From Candidatus Jordarchaeales archaeon (GTDB lineage: Archaea; Asgardarchaeota; Jordiarchaeia; Jordiarchaeales; Freyrarchaeaceae): DNA of 32,000 nucleotides. The stretch is from contig JAWCFL010000003.1 of assembly GCA_038858525.1 (NCBI GenBank), positions 88,105 through 120,104 on the forward strand. The letters run 5' to 3'. Below the pieces are notes generated by a model that ran no database searches, was not told the DNA's origin, and saw only the letters and a program-made list of their open reading frames with translations. The translations under genes and the position numbers were made by a program. Shown one piece after another: positions 10,418-21,211 of the stretch; positions within the stretch are counted from its first letter, which is position 1; the number at the start of each line of letters is the position of its first letter.

Positions 10418-13400
10418 CTTTATCCTTGGGAAGATGCACATTGACATCAGTTCTTGAACGAGTAGTTTGAATGCATAACTTACCACTGTTTTCGAGATGC
10501 GAGCCTTTTCGCCGCAAATTGGGCAGTATAGTTTTCTGTTTTGCGCTTGGACTGCTAGTGCACCGCACTCTTCGCAAATGTAAATTTCTGTTCTGTCGGA
10601 CTCGTCTACGAGTTTTTCTTTGAGTAGTAAGGCTGCACCCATTCCTATTAGGCAGTCGCGTTCCATCTCTCCGAACCTTAATCCGCCTTCTCTCGCTCTG
10701 CCTTCTGTTGGTTGTCTGGTTAGGATCTGTATTGGTCCTCTTGAGCGGGAGTGCATTTTGTCTGCTACCATGTGGTGTAATTTCTGGTAATAGACGACAC
10801 CTATGAATATGTCTACCTCGTACTTTTCACCTGTAACGCCGTTATACATAACCTCTTTTCCGTTATACTTAAAACCTAGATTTTTAAGTTCTTGGCATAG
10901 GTCTTCTGGCTTTTCGCCGCAAAACGCGGTTCCATCTATTTTTCTTCCTGCTAGGCAGCCAACTTTTCCAGCGAGAGATTCTATTATTTGTCCCAAGGTC
11001 ATTCTTGACGGGAACGCGTGGGGGTTTATTATGAGGTCAGGGACTATGCCATCCTCGGTGAATGGCATGTCTTCTTGCGGAACGATCATTCCTATTACTC
11101 CTTTTTGCCCGTGTCTTGTTGCAAACTTGTCTCCCAGTTCAGGTATTCTTTGGTCTCGGATCTTAACTTTTACAAGACGGTTTCCGTCTATGGTTTCCGT
11201 GAGTATTACGGTATCTACCGTACCTTTTTCTCCATGTCTTATGTTTATCGAAGTTTCTCTTCTTATTGGAGCTGTAACTTCGAATTCCGCTCTTTCCTCG
11301 AGAAATCTTGGCGGGCTTGTTCTGCCAATTATCACTTCGCCTCCCTCTACTTCTGTTTCAGGTTCAACTATGCCGTCTTCAGAGAGGTGCCTGTAAACTT
11401 CAGACTGCCTGTGCCCTCTAACTTTTTGATCGGGTATTTCAAACTTGTCCTCTTGTCCTCCGGGATATTTCCTTTCTTCTGCTTCGTAGCACCTGAAGAA
11501 GAAGGAGCGGCCGATGCCACGCTCTATTGATGCTTTATTTATTATTAACGCATCTTCGATGTTATATCCTTCATAAGATAATACAGCAACTATGAAGTTT
11601 TGCCCTGCAGGTCTTTTCTCGAAGCCGGATACCTTAGTAACTTTGGTGGTAACTATTGGGAGCTGAGGATAGTGAAGAATATGTGACCTTGTGTCCATTC
11701 GAAGTTTGTAGTTTGAAGCGAAGAGCCCTAGAGCTTGCTTGGCCATTCCCGCTTCGTAAGTGTTCCTTGGGCTTTGATTGTGTTCAGCGTAAGGTATTAT
11801 TCCGGCGGAGATGCCTAGAATAGTTATTGGCGCAATCTCCAAGTGAGTGGTTTCTTCATCGATGTCTTCTGGGTTTAAAGCAACATATACGTTCTCTTCT
11901 TCTTCTGCGTCGAGATATTCGACTATTCCTCTCCTAACTAAATCTGTAAATGACCATTCTCTTCTTCTTAGTTTCTCCACATGCTCCGATTTAAGCTTTG
12001 GAGCTCCATTTTCAACGATTATATATGGACGCCTAACGCGTCCTGCATCGCAATTGATCTGGACCTCGTTAGAGTCGTCGTAATATGCTATGTTTACTTC
12101 ATTATTAATTACGCCTGACCTTCGGAGTTCTCTAACGCGTTTTACAAATGTTTCCGGATTATCGTGGAAACCTATTAACCTACCATTTAGAAATACCTTG
12201 GCACCTTCGACGCCAGCTATTTTGCCGAACTCTTCTATGGGATGGAGGCCGAGTTCTACCAGTTTATTTTCAACTTCACTTTCGTCTATTCCCACGGATA
12301 TGTAAGCTAGTAAAGCAAGGTTTTTCACGAGGCCACAGTTGGGTCCTTCAGGTGTTTCATTAGGGCATACTTTACCCCAGTGAGTTGGGTGTAAGTCTCG
12401 GGCTTCAAAGTGTGGCTGACTGCGACTTAGTGGAGAGGTAACACGTCTAAGGTGGCTTAGGGATGCCATATAGTTTGTTCTGTCTAGGAGCTGGCTTACA
12501 CCGGATTTCCCACCCACCCAGTTTCCAGTAGCGAGTGCATGGTAGAATCTGTCAGTTATTACGTCAGCGCGCACCGCGTTGGCTATGCTACGCCGTTTTC
12601 CTCTTGCCGCTATCCTTTCTAGTTGGTATTTTATGTCTTTGCACAGGTTTAGGAATGCAACTCTAAACAGGCTCAACAGTAAGCTGCCCGCTAACTTAAG
12701 GCGCTTATTAGCATAGTGGTCTTTATCGTCGGGTCCTCTTTTCTTTAATGCGAGTTCTATAAGGCGCTGGGCCATCTGACCCAAATAAAACGCCTTTTTT
12801 AAGCGGAATTCAGGCTCTGTTCCTATGTGGGGTAACAAGTACTTATCTAGAACTTGCTCTGCACGCTTGATTCTGTAGTCTCTAGTCTGGCCAACTGCAA
12901 CTCGCTTTCCTATGTAATCAAGAGCATCCTCCCTTGTGGATAATGGCGAGGCTTCATCTATTGAAAGTATGAACTCGTTGAGTATTTCCGGGTCACTAGA
13001 ATCAATAGTGCTTGCCACTTGCTGATCCGTTACTAATCCAAGAGCACGTATTAAAACAACGAGAGGTATTTTCCCGGGAACTGAGGGGAAGGATACTTTT
13101 ATGGTTCCGTCCCGCCTTCGTTCCATTGTTACTGGCGCCCTGAAACCTCTAGCAGTACTAAAAACCTTAGCTATGTGAGTTACGGGTCCACTTTTATCTA
13201 GCTCCTCGACGAGAATCCTATTTGGAGCTAGGTCTTCTTGTGTGACGAGAACCCTTTCTGACCCGTTTATTATGAAGTATCCTCCAGGGTCATCTGGGTC
13301 TTCGCCTATTTCGACTAATTCTTCTCTACTCATATTTGAGAGAGGACATTTTACTGATTTTAGCATAATTGGTAATTGGCCTATGTAGACTTGAACAGGC

Positions 13401-13744
13401 TCTTCTTCTATTTCTCTTCCGTCTCCTTTGTGTACTAAAGACATTTCTAAGTATATTGGGGCGGAGTATGTGAGATTTCTTATTCTTGCCTCAGCGGGGG
13501 TTATAGGGTTTCGTGATCCATCAGCTTCCTTTATGGCGGGCTGTCCTACCTCTATTTTCCCCAATTTTACGTAATAATTTTCGCCTTCAATCTCTATTTT
13601 GCCTACTTCGTCCACTACGGATTGCATACCATGTTCTATAAAGTCATTGTATGAGTCAAGGTGTTGACGAACCAAGCCTTTTTCTTCGAGGAATGCTTCA
13701 ACTACAGTCCATCTTTCCTCGATAGTTAAGTGGTGATCAGACAT
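10400..13744 (-). CDS. rpoB: DNA-directed RNA polymerase subunit B (Rpo2, unsplit)
   Basis: [69 protein letters not shown]-terminal CEECG...CPICG. ATG at 13744 (MSDHHL) has a GGTGG RBS; the track's 47-codon extension is probably spurious. Confidence 0.98.
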   Translation of the reverse strand: MSDHHLTIEERWTVVEAFLEEKGLVRQHLDSYNDFIEHGMQSVVDEVGKIEIEGENYYVKLGKIEVGQPAIKEADGSRNPITPAEARIRNLTYSAPIYLEMSLVHKGDGREIEEEPVQVYIGQLPIMLKSVKCPLSNMSREELVEIGEDPDDPGGYFIINGSERVLVTQEDLAPNRILVEELDKSGPVTHIAKVFSTARGFRAPVTMERRRDGTIKVSFPSVPGKIPLVVLIRALGLVTDQQVASTIDSSDPEILNEFILSIDEASPLSTREDALDYIGKRVAVGQTRDYRIKRAEQVLDKYLLPHIGTEPEFRLKKAFYLGQMAQRLIELALKKRGPDDKDHYANKRLKLAGSLLLSLFRVAFLNLCKDIKYQLERIAARGKRRSIANAVRADVITDRFYHALATGNWVGGKSGVSQLLDRTNYMASLSHLRRVTSPLSRSQPHFEARDLHPTHWGKVCPNETPEGPNCGLVKNLALLAYISVGIDESEVENKLVELGLHPIEEFGKIAGVEGAKVFLNGRLIGFHDNPETFVKRVRELRRSGVINNEVNIAYYDDSNEVQINCDAGRVRRPYIIVENGAPKLKSEHVEKLRRREWSFTDLVRRGIVEYLDAEEEENVYVALNPEDIDEETTHLEIAPITILGISAGIIPYAEHNQSPRNTYEAGMAKQALGLFASNYKLRMDTRSHILHYPQLPIVTTKVTKVSGFEKRPAGQNFIVAVLSYEGYNIEDALIINKASIERGIGRSFFFRCYEAEERKYPGGQEDKFEIPDQKVRGHRQSEVYRHLSEDGIVEPETEVEGGEVIIGRTSPPRFLEERAEFEVTAPIRRETSINIRHGEKGTVDTVILTETIDGNRLVKVKIRDQRIPELGDKFATRHGQKGVIGMIVPQEDMPFTEDGIVPDLIINPHAFPSRMTLGQIIESLAGKVGCLAGRKIDGTAFCGEKPEDLCQELKNLGFKYNGKEVMYNGVTGEKYEVDIFIGVVYYQKLHHMVADKMHSRSRGPIQILTRQPTEGRAREGGLRFGEMERDCLIGMGAALLLKEKLVDESDRTEIYICEECGALAVQAQNRKLYCPICGEKARISKTVVSYAFKLLVQELMSMCIFPRIKLEGII

Positions 13745-13918
13745 GAAAACCACCCTTATTTTTCTAAGATTTAGGGGAACATAGCTACAATAATTTGTAT
13801 GTAGGTAAGCTTTTAACGTCTCTTCTTCGAAGATGAAGCTAGGGAAAAAGGAGTATTGAAGAAGTATAAAATCTTTTTGGGACAATAGTCTTAAGTGGAG
13901 TGGATGGTAAGGAAGGAT

Positions 13919-14383
<465 letters not shown>

Positions 14384-14560
14384 TTATATAACCCCATCAG
14401 TCAAACACTCTACTATATCTTAACTCATGAGGTTATTTAAACAGTTCGAATGATCCATTATATGTCTAATTGACTTTTCCTTTAAACTGCAATCTGGTGG
14501 AGTTTAAAAAGGGACGCGGAAAGAGAGTAGTAGAACTAATTTAGGAAAAAGGAATGAAGA

Positions 14561-16180
14561 ATGACTTTCTGGAAGAATTCCGGTTTTATTGAAAACTTTG
14601 GAGGAATTAAAGGGATAATTGATGAGTTTAATGGGAAAGGGGATAATACGACTGTGGTGGATGAGTATGAAGTAGGCCCATACAGAGTTCGCATACTTTG
14701 CCTAGAAGGAGGAGAATTTAAGTATGTAGCTGAGGATGTTTTACTTGAGTCTTTTGGAAGAAGAATTATTGACCAAGTCGCACGCGATGTTTCGGCGGTT
14801 CCTTTTAAAGTTGGGGTTCACAAGCTCGACGACATAATTTTTTCTGTTAAAGAAGCCGCTATTAAAGTGATTTCAAGATATTTTAAGTTGTCTTACGATG
14901 AAGTCGAGAGAATGGCTGAAAGTGCTACTTTCAATTGCATTGGGTTAGCTTCTATAGCTCCTTTTCTCTTGGACGATAAAGTGGAGGAAGTTTACTTTGA
15001 TGGGAGAAATAGAAGCGCGTATCTAGATCATAGGGATTGGGGGAGGTGCATCACTGATGTGGTTCTTTCAGACGAGGAAGTTGAGCGTATTCTTTCAAGA
15101 ATAAGACTTGAAAGCGGATTTCAGTTGGATGATGCAAATCCTTCTTTGAAAACGGAAGTGATCACTAGAAAGTTTCGTGTTAGAGTTTTGGCGACGACGA
15201 CACCTTTAGCAGCGGAAGGTTTCATGATCAACTTTAGAAGAATGAGAGATGAGCCGTATACCATACCCGAGTTAATCTTTAACGGAACAATATCCGCTAA
15301 AGCGGCGGCCTACCTTCTTTTCCTCATTCTGAGGAGGTTTAACATATGCGTTGTTGGGGAGCCAAAAACTGGAAAAACAACGCTTATTAATGCACTTGAC
15401 ATATTGGTTCCCTTAAGTTGGAGAAGAATTTACATTGAGGATGCTGTCGAGAGCCTTGCACTTCATAATTACGGCGCACATCAGGCTAAAGTCAAAGTGA
15501 AACCTCCAGAAGAAGGAGGGGAAAGAGAGAAAGCCAAAGAGATCACGCAACTTCTTCACCGCTCTCCTGATTGGGTTTATTTAGGAGAGATCAGAAGCGT
15601 AGAAGACAGCCAAGCGATGTTTCACGCTCTTACTTCAGGACTTGTTGGGCTTCAAACGTGCCATGGAAAGTCAGTAGAGGACGTGATTCTACGCTGGGTT
15701 ATTCATCACAAAATTCCACCAGCTAGCCTTAAAAGTCTAGATGTGATAGTTGAGGTTAAACGTTACTTAACTCTTTACGGAGGAGTTAAGCGTAGGGTTG
15801 TAAGAATTACGGAAGCATGTGATGATCCAGACTTATTTTTCGACCTTGAAACAATTTTCTCGAAGAATGCATTTATTAGCACATTCGTATGGGATCCCAA
15901 GCTGGAGACGCTACAGCTCACTACTTGTTTAACAGAGACGCCAAGTTTTAAGAAGACTTGCGAGATTTACGGCTTAGATGAAAATGAAGTTTTAAACGAG
16001 ATAGAAACTTATGAAGAGATTTTAAGGAGAATGTCTGAAAAACGGCTTTTCAATGTTAGGGACAACATCATTGTGATAAATCGCCTTTATAAGCTTCTTG
16101 AAAATAAAAAGAGGGAGTGTAATAAGTGGACAAAGATAAAAGAAGAAGTAGTGAAGTTTATAGAGGAAAGAGCTGGATAG
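14561..16180 (+). CDS. Type II/IV secretion-system ATPase (VirB11/TadA/ArlI-like)
   Basis: FLLDDKVEEVYFDG, Walker A GEPKTGKT, Asp box IEDAVE, HRSPDWVYLGEIR, His box QTCHG. Confidence 0.88.
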   Translation: MTFWKNSGFIENFGGIKGIIDEFNGKGDNTTVVDEYEVGPYRVRILCLEGGEFKYVAEDVLLESFGRRIIDQVARDVSAVPFKVGVHKLDDIIFSVKEAAIKVISRYFKLSYDEVERMAESATFNCIGLASIAPFLLDDKVEEVYFDGRNRSAYLDHRDWGRCITDVVLSDEEVERILSRIRLESGFQLDDANPSLKTEVITRKFRVRVLATTTPLAAEGFMINFRRMRDEPYTIPELIFNGTISAKAAAYLLFLILRRFNICVVGEPKTGKTTLINALDILVPLSWRRIYIEDAVESLALHNYGAHQAKVKVKPPEEGGEREKAKEITQLLHRSPDWVYLGEIRSVEDSQAMFHALTSGLVGLQTCHGKSVEDVILRWVIHHKIPPASLKSLDVIVEVKRYLTLYGGVKRRVVRITEACDDPDLFFDLETIFSKNAFISTFVWDPKLETLQLTTCLTETPSFKKTCEIYGLDENEVLNEIETYEEILRRMSEKRLFNVRDNIIVINRLYKLLENKKRECNKWTKIKEEVVKFIEERAG

Positions 16181-16980
16181 TCAATTTGTGCAAGAGTTTA
16201 TCTACTTGCATTCCATCTCAGGTGAAAAGAAAACTTAAAGGAAAAGTTACGGAGGACGTTAAGCTAGTCTTAGAAAGATACCAAATTAGCGAGGGGGAAC
16301 TTTACGGTGGAAGTTTAGCTCTCGGTCTTGTTTTAAGTGTAATAGCTTTTCTCTGCATACTCATAATAGGGGGGGATTACATACTCGCAATGACAGTTCT
16401 AGCCGTTACATTCATGATCTCGTCTAACCTGCCCATCATTATCTTTTTACGAGAGGCACGTCAGTTAAGAACAGCTTATCTTTCCTATGCAGACATAATC
16501 CTTGAGATTTTCTTGTTTTCAAAGATAGCAACAGGAGACGTTTACGATGCACTTGTATCAGTAGCTAACCTTGAGGAAGACGCGGTTTCTCCTTATTTCA
16601 AGGGAATACTAAAGAAAGTTTTATTGGAGGGGGAGAATACTGAGAAAGCCGTAATAAACTTTGTACATGGCAGCCCTTTCGAGGCGCTCGAAAAACATGT
16701 TTCTGTAATATTTAAGTCAAGTTCATTACATGAAGGTTGGCGTCAAGCAATAAGGGAAGCCAGAAAGGAGATCAGAGAGGATTATCAGAGGTATACGTTA
16801 GAACTTGAAAGCAGAATCGTGATGATAGTTGGAGTGTCTATGTTTTTACCACTTCTCATAACTGTATGGCTTATTGCTCCAAACAGTGAGGGTTTGCTCT
16901 ACATGATATTACCACTCCAATCAGGTAGCGCTGCAATTTTAAGCAGACTTCTCTTAAACTCAAGGCAAAATATCTTCTAA
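16126..16980 (+). CDS. Membrane platform protein of type IV pilus-like system (TadB/TadC/ArlJ-like); start uncertain
   Basis: Directly follows the ATPase; TM hairpin - soluble helical domain - TM hairpin topology. Confidence 0.65.
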   Translation: MDKDKRRSSEVYRGKSWIVNLCKSLSTCIPSQVKRKLKGKVTEDVKLVLERYQISEGELYGGSLALGLVLSVIAFLCILIIGGDYILAMTVLAVTFMISSNLPIIIFLREARQLRTAYLSYADIILEIFLFSKIATGDVYDALVSVANLEEDAVSPYFKGILKKVLLEGENTEKAVINFVHGSPFEALEKHVSVIFKSSSLHEGWRQAIREARKEIREDYQRYTLELESRIVMIVGVSMFLPLLITVWLIAPNSEGLLYMILPLQSGSAAILSRLLLNSRQNIF

Positions 16981-17371
16981 AAACACCCAAAAAGAAGTTT
17001 GCTTCGGTTTCTGAAGAAAACTACAATTTTTATCTTCGATGTAATATGTGACGACGAGAAGCTTATGTTTCCCGGGGTGTTAGTAACTAAGGCTTAGGTG
17101 AAGAAGCCATGTTCACCTATTAAAACAATGAATCTAAGAAAGATTGTTAACTAGACGCTGATTAATAGGCTTTCATTTTAACAGGTTCTTCTCAACAAAC
17201 TCTTTATGAGCAAAAAAGGAGCATGATTAATTAAAAAATAAGAGCAGCTAGCAACAATTAGGTGATTTTTTTATGAATTATGCTCATTGGTGAGTGATCG
17301 TAAGTCTCGAAGAGAATATTTTTATCGAGAATGAAATCGGAATCATAGTAAAACTGAAGGGGGAGAGAAAA

Positions 17372-18176
17372 ATGGTTAAAAGGAAACACGGGGCGAAGAG
17401 TAAAGAGGATGAAAAAAGCCCTAATTTTCTCGGGTTATTAATAGCTTACCTGTTGTCAGCATCTATAGTAGGAATAGTGCCAATCATAGTTCTAGTTTAC
17501 GTTCTGATGGAGGTCATTAAGTTACCATTGTTCTTGCTAGTAGCTTTAGCGCCTGCATACTATGTTGCTGCAAGATGGATTTTCAATTTGACGCTGTTGT
17601 TCATGGCAAGCCGCTCGATACGGCCGGTAGAGGAGGGGGTACATGAAATGGACATAAAGAACCCAAATGTGGTTAACTGGCTTCGTAATGGAATAGTAAC
17701 GTGCCTTGCACTCCACTACATAGGGTTCGAGCCGGTGTAGAGCGTTCTACACTGGGAATAAACCGTTTGGCATGCCGGGACTTGGAGCTTTAGTGCTGAG
17801 GCGACTTGGGGCAAAAATGGGGCAGGGTGCTATAGCGTCATTTGTAGCGGATCCATACATGATAGAGATGGGAGATGGTTCTATGGCTGGCGGCGGATCC
17901 ATAATTTCGGGGCATATTTTTGACAGGGGAAAACTGCGTGTAGGGAAAATTAAAATAGGGAAAAACGTGGTAATAGGAGGAAACAGCGTAGTGTTTCCAG
18001 ACGTGGAGATAGGGGACAACTCTGTCGTAGGAGCATTGTCTCTGGTGACATCGGGTACGAGAATACCGCCTAATCAAGTTTGGGCGGGTATACCTGCAAG
18101 ACCGATGATGACCATAGACGGGAAGCCTTTAAGAGAAGAAAAAGATAAAAATAGCGAAGCGGGTGGCCTCAGTTAG
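17372..18176 (+). pseudogene. Membrane-anchored hexapeptide-repeat acyltransferase split into two ORFs (17372-17740 and 17772-18176)
   Basis: 5' ORF has two TM helices and RPVEEGVHEM; 3' ORF has LRRLGAKMG, KIKIGKNVVIGGNSVVFPDVEIGDNSVVGALSLV and VWAGIPAR; the halves are in different frames. Confidence 0.6.
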
Positions 18177-18922
18177 TGCATTAAACCGGGAAAGTAATAT
18201 TTTTCTCCATACGCATAACTTTCTTCTTTTCTGGCAATACCGCTTTCCTCTAAAGCTTTTAATGCACGTTCAGCCCTTTCTTTCGACCACCCAGTTTTCA
18301 CCATTAATTCTTCCAACGTAATAGATCCTTTTCCACTGACTAAGCCTAATACTTCATTCTGGTCGTCATTCAACTCGGCTGGAATAAAGACTGCAATTTC
18401 GACGCCCGACTTAAGCCGCAACAAACCAGGGATCACTCGTTTTTTCTCTAACTCCTTAAGAGCGCGCCTGACATCGTCCATCTTGACTTTATCTTTTAAC
18501 CTGCCTGTGCTTGCTAAAAGGTAAACCTCTCCAAGAGATAGAACTCCGCCTGTCTCCTTACGCTTAAAGAGCGCACGTTGATAGATCAGCAAACCAAGTT
18601 TTTCATGATCCACACTTTCAGATAGGCCAAACATCTTCCTCTTTAATACATCTTCTTCTTTTACTACTTGAGTTATGACTGCTTCTGCAGGTATCCCATA
18701 CTTTTCTCTTAAAAATTCTACTTCGCTTCGGAATTTAGGACTAGTTGCTATAATAACGCCGTATTTTTCGGCGATGTCGGCTATTTTCTCTTTGACAACC
18801 ATAGCGGTTTCGAGCTCCTTCTCTAGCTCCTCTAGCTTCAACTCTGCAGCTTTTTTTTCCATGCTCCTCTTCTTTTCTATTCTCTCACGTATCTCGCGAA
18901 GACCCAAACAGACCCCCCTCAT
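18173..18922 (-). CDS. ESCRT-II Vps22/36-like (EAP30) protein
   Basis: SPKFRSEV, EKLGLLI...TGGVLSLGEV, DDVRRALKEL, PAELNDDQNEVL, GWSKERAERALKALEESG, YYFPGL parallel Snf8/Vps22 along the full length. Confidence 0.88.
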   Translation of the reverse strand: MRGVCLGLREIRERIEKKRSMEKKAAELKLEELEKELETAMVVKEKIADIAEKYGVIIATSPKFRSEVEFLREKYGIPAEAVITQVVKEEDVLKRKMFGLSESVDHEKLGLLIYQRALFKRKETGGVLSLGEVYLLASTGRLKDKVKMDDVRRALKELEKKRVIPGLLRLKSGVEIAVFIPAELNDDQNEVLGLVSGKGSITLEELMVKTGWSKERAERALKALEESGIARKEESYAYGEKYYFPGLMH

Positions 18923-19605
18923 ATGTTTAAGTCTTTAAGACGCTGCTTAAAATCACGATACCATCGATAAGCTTCATACTCCATTTTCTTTGCATCCTCT
19001 TGCTCGAGTATCATATCTGGGGGCAAATCATTTAGCTTATCTCTCCATTTACTTGCTTCCTTGTAAACCCAGTAATCCCTTCCTTCCAAACCAGGAAAGT
19101 TTTCGAGTTGAAGGAGTAATTCATCTAAAATAGGGACAACTATATCTACCCTAGCGTAGTCTTTTAGTTGCAGGGAATCGATTAAAGTTATTAAATTCGA
19201 TATAATCTCAGCAGTTCTTGAAGCAAGTGATGAAGGAGAAACTTTAAGGGCTTCTATTGGAATTTCATCTTCAGATCTAACCGTAACACCATCAGAGGCC
19301 GCTAAACGAAGTTTAGCGGAAGCACGAGGATATTTTTCAAGTATTTGATTTTCTTCAAGAAACTTTTTTAAGTCAAAGCCTTTTTCCTCAAGTTTGGAAC
19401 GTATGCTTACAATGCGTTTAATATGCCATTCTAGCTGTTTCTGATACGTGCTCGCATCAATTATCCCGCTTTCATAACTATTACTCAGCATATTCAACGT
19501 GGCTATGCATCCATAAAGCTCCCCCTCAAGCTGAAGACGCGAATCTTCAGGCTTCTGCCGCTGTTTCACCCTTTCAACAGAACTCATCCAAACGCCTCCA
19601 GACAT
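18919..19605 (-). CDS. ESCRT-I Vps28-like protein (alternative start 19587)
   Basis: ELYGCIATLNMLSNSYESGIID N-domain; TAEIISNLITLIDSLQL...VVPILDELL...KWRDKLNDL...KKMEYEAYRWYRDF four-helix C-domain. Confidence 0.85.
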   Translation of the reverse strand: MSGGVWMSSVERVKQRQKPEDSRLQLEGELYGCIATLNMLSNSYESGIIDASTYQKQLEWHIKRIVSIRSKLEEKGFDLKKFLEENQILEKYPRASAKLRLAASDGVTVRSEDEIPIEALKVSPSSLASRTAEIISNLITLIDSLQLKDYARVDIVVPILDELLLQLENFPGLEGRDYWVYKEASKWRDKLNDLPPDMILEQEDAKKMEYEAYRWYRDFKQRLKDLNI

Positions 19606-19614
19606 TATTATGAA

Positions 19615-20376
19615 CTATAAATTCTTAAACATCTGAAGCTTCTTTGTAACGATATACCACTCTTTTTTATACTTCCTGTAGAGTCGAGTGTATTCTGTGG
19701 GGTCTATTTCACCGCTCTCAAACTTCTCTTCAAGCGACTGCAAAAGGTCTTCTATGGCTATTTTTTCACTTTCTAACTCTAGCCGCGCGTCAATCTCCAG
19801 CTTAACTGTTCTAGTGCTTGAGGCAGGAGGCTCTTGTGCTATATGGGTCGTTAAGCGACCCTTTAGCAAGGCGATTTCTTCATCTTTCTCCTGAAGCTTT
19901 CTCTGAAGCTCCTTAAGCTGTTTCTCCAGCATGCTCACTCTTTCAACTGCTTCTGAGGCTACGGTGAGCGACTGAACGCTCTCACTAGGAGTAACAGCAG
20001 CCATTTTCTTTGTGGGAGGTTTAAAGAGAGGACGAGGTGGTACTTTAGCAAAAGTTCCTTTGAGAGTGTTGACAACATGATAAACATGGTATTCTGGCCT
20101 CCATTGCTCTAAAATGCTTAGATGAACTCGGCCCGTTTCTGAGTCGACGTTAGGATGATCAGTAGGAGAAACCATTCTGACGGATGGAGGGTCGAGTGGA
20201 AAAGTTGGGGGGATCTTAATTTCAACTTCAAATTTAAGTCCTCTATACTCGCCTCTGCCCGCTATCTCTCCTCGCCATACGGTTAAGTCGCCATTCAGAG
20301 GAGAGAAGCCCTTGGCTCGTTCATACATTAGCTGTGCTTCTCGCGCAAGTATAAGTTCAAAATCTTCGCTAGACAA
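19615..20376 (-). CDS. ESCRT-I Vps23/TSG101-like protein (UEV + Pro-rich linker + coiled coil + steadiness box)
   Basis: UBC fold PPTFPLDPP...HPNVDSETGRVHLSIL with His at the catalytic Cys position; coiled coil; EKIAIEDLLQSLEEKFESGEIDPTEY steadiness box. Confidence 0.88.
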   Translation of the reverse strand: MSSEDFELILAREAQLMYERAKGFSPLNGDLTVWRGEIAGRGEYRGLKFEVEIKIPPTFPLDPPSVRMVSPTDHPNVDSETGRVHLSILEQWRPEYHVYHVVNTLKGTFAKVPPRPLFKPPTKKMAAVTPSESVQSLTVASEAVERVSMLEKQLKELQRKLQEKDEEIALLKGRLTTHIAQEPPASSTRTVKLEIDARLELESEKIAIEDLLQSLEEKFESGEIDPTEYTRLYRKYKKEWYIVTKKLQMFKNL

Positions 20377-20605
20377 TTTCGTCGACCCCTACGTTTCCAT
20401 TAAAACTAATGATCAACCATAGAAATTAAAACTTTTGATATAGACAAAGTTATTTTGCTTTCCTCGAAAGGTAGCAGTAACACTTATGGAAATGAAAATA
20501 GCGAGTAGGCACCTACCACCATATTACAGGTATTTTTAAATAAAAAGCGTGAAAAAGATTTTCGTATTCTTGAAAAGTTAGATTCCTCATTTGAGGGTGG
20601 TTGGG

Positions 20606-21160
20606 ATGGGGTGCACCCCGAAAGCAGAAGGAAATATAGTAATAGGTGGGAGAGTGTATCCTGCGGACAAAGTTTTTAATGCGCTTGTAAAGGAAGGCTT
20701 CGCCGATGTGAGAGTAGAGGCAGGGGGGGTTCTCGTCATCGGAAGTGAACGCATACAACCGGTTTTTCAGAGCCTTCAGGATAAAGCTATGGCTATAACT
20801 TGCTATGGTAGCCTTGCCTATTGTTGCGGCCTGGAAAAAAATTGCGCAACCAGAGATGAAGCATTAAGACTACTAGGATTATCAGATGAAGACTACTTAA
20901 AGATAAAGAAGTACATGCATAACAAGTTTATAGAGTATGCGAGAGGGCTCTGGGGGACCCGTGATGAACAACTAGAACAATACTTTACGAGGGATAATAC
21001 CAGTTTTAACGATGGAGGAAACTATTGTTTCCATAGACGCAACATAAATAATGAAGACGGAGTTGGTTCAGAGGGGAACAAGATATTTTGTACTTTTTGT
21101 GGAGAGACGCTTCCTTTGGATGCAAGATTCTGTAAAAGATGTGGCCATGCGTTACGATAA
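20606..21160 (+). CDS. Cys-rich protein with methanogenesis-marker-9-like metal-binding module and C-terminal zinc ribbon
   Basis: CYGSLAYCCGLEKNCATRDEALRLLGLSDEDYLKIKK and CTFCG...FCKRCG; ATG 20606 has GAGGGTGG RBS (track starts at 20591). Confidence 0.6.
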   Translation: MGCTPKAEGNIVIGGRVYPADKVFNALVKEGFADVRVEAGGVLVIGSERIQPVFQSLQDKAMAITCYGSLAYCCGLEKNCATRDEALRLLGLSDEDYLKIKKYMHNKFIEYARGLWGTRDEQLEQYFTRDNTSFNDGGNYCFHRRNINNEDGVGSEGNKIFCTFCGETLPLDARFCKRCGHALR

Positions 21161-21211
21161 AAAAGTAAGAAATAGAGTGACTGAAAGAAGTAGTTGGGGC
21201 TCTTTGCTGTT

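Noticed and set aside
13745-13885. 47-codon N-terminal extension of rpoB in the ORF track
   Set aside because: Homology and the RBS point to ATG 13744; the extension is not RpoH-like and looks like promoter sequence.
16981-17272. Possible small pilin gene after the secretion ATPase/platform pair
   Set aside because: No ORF with a class III signal peptide found in the frames I read.
17291-17293. In-frame TGA after a strong RBS/ATG as possible selenocysteine recoding
   Set aside because: No SECIS-like hairpin identified and the context is not a redox motif.
19615-20376. Active ubiquitin-conjugating E2 enzyme
   Set aside because: Catalytic Cys is replaced by His, and the coiled coil plus steadiness box indicate Vps23.
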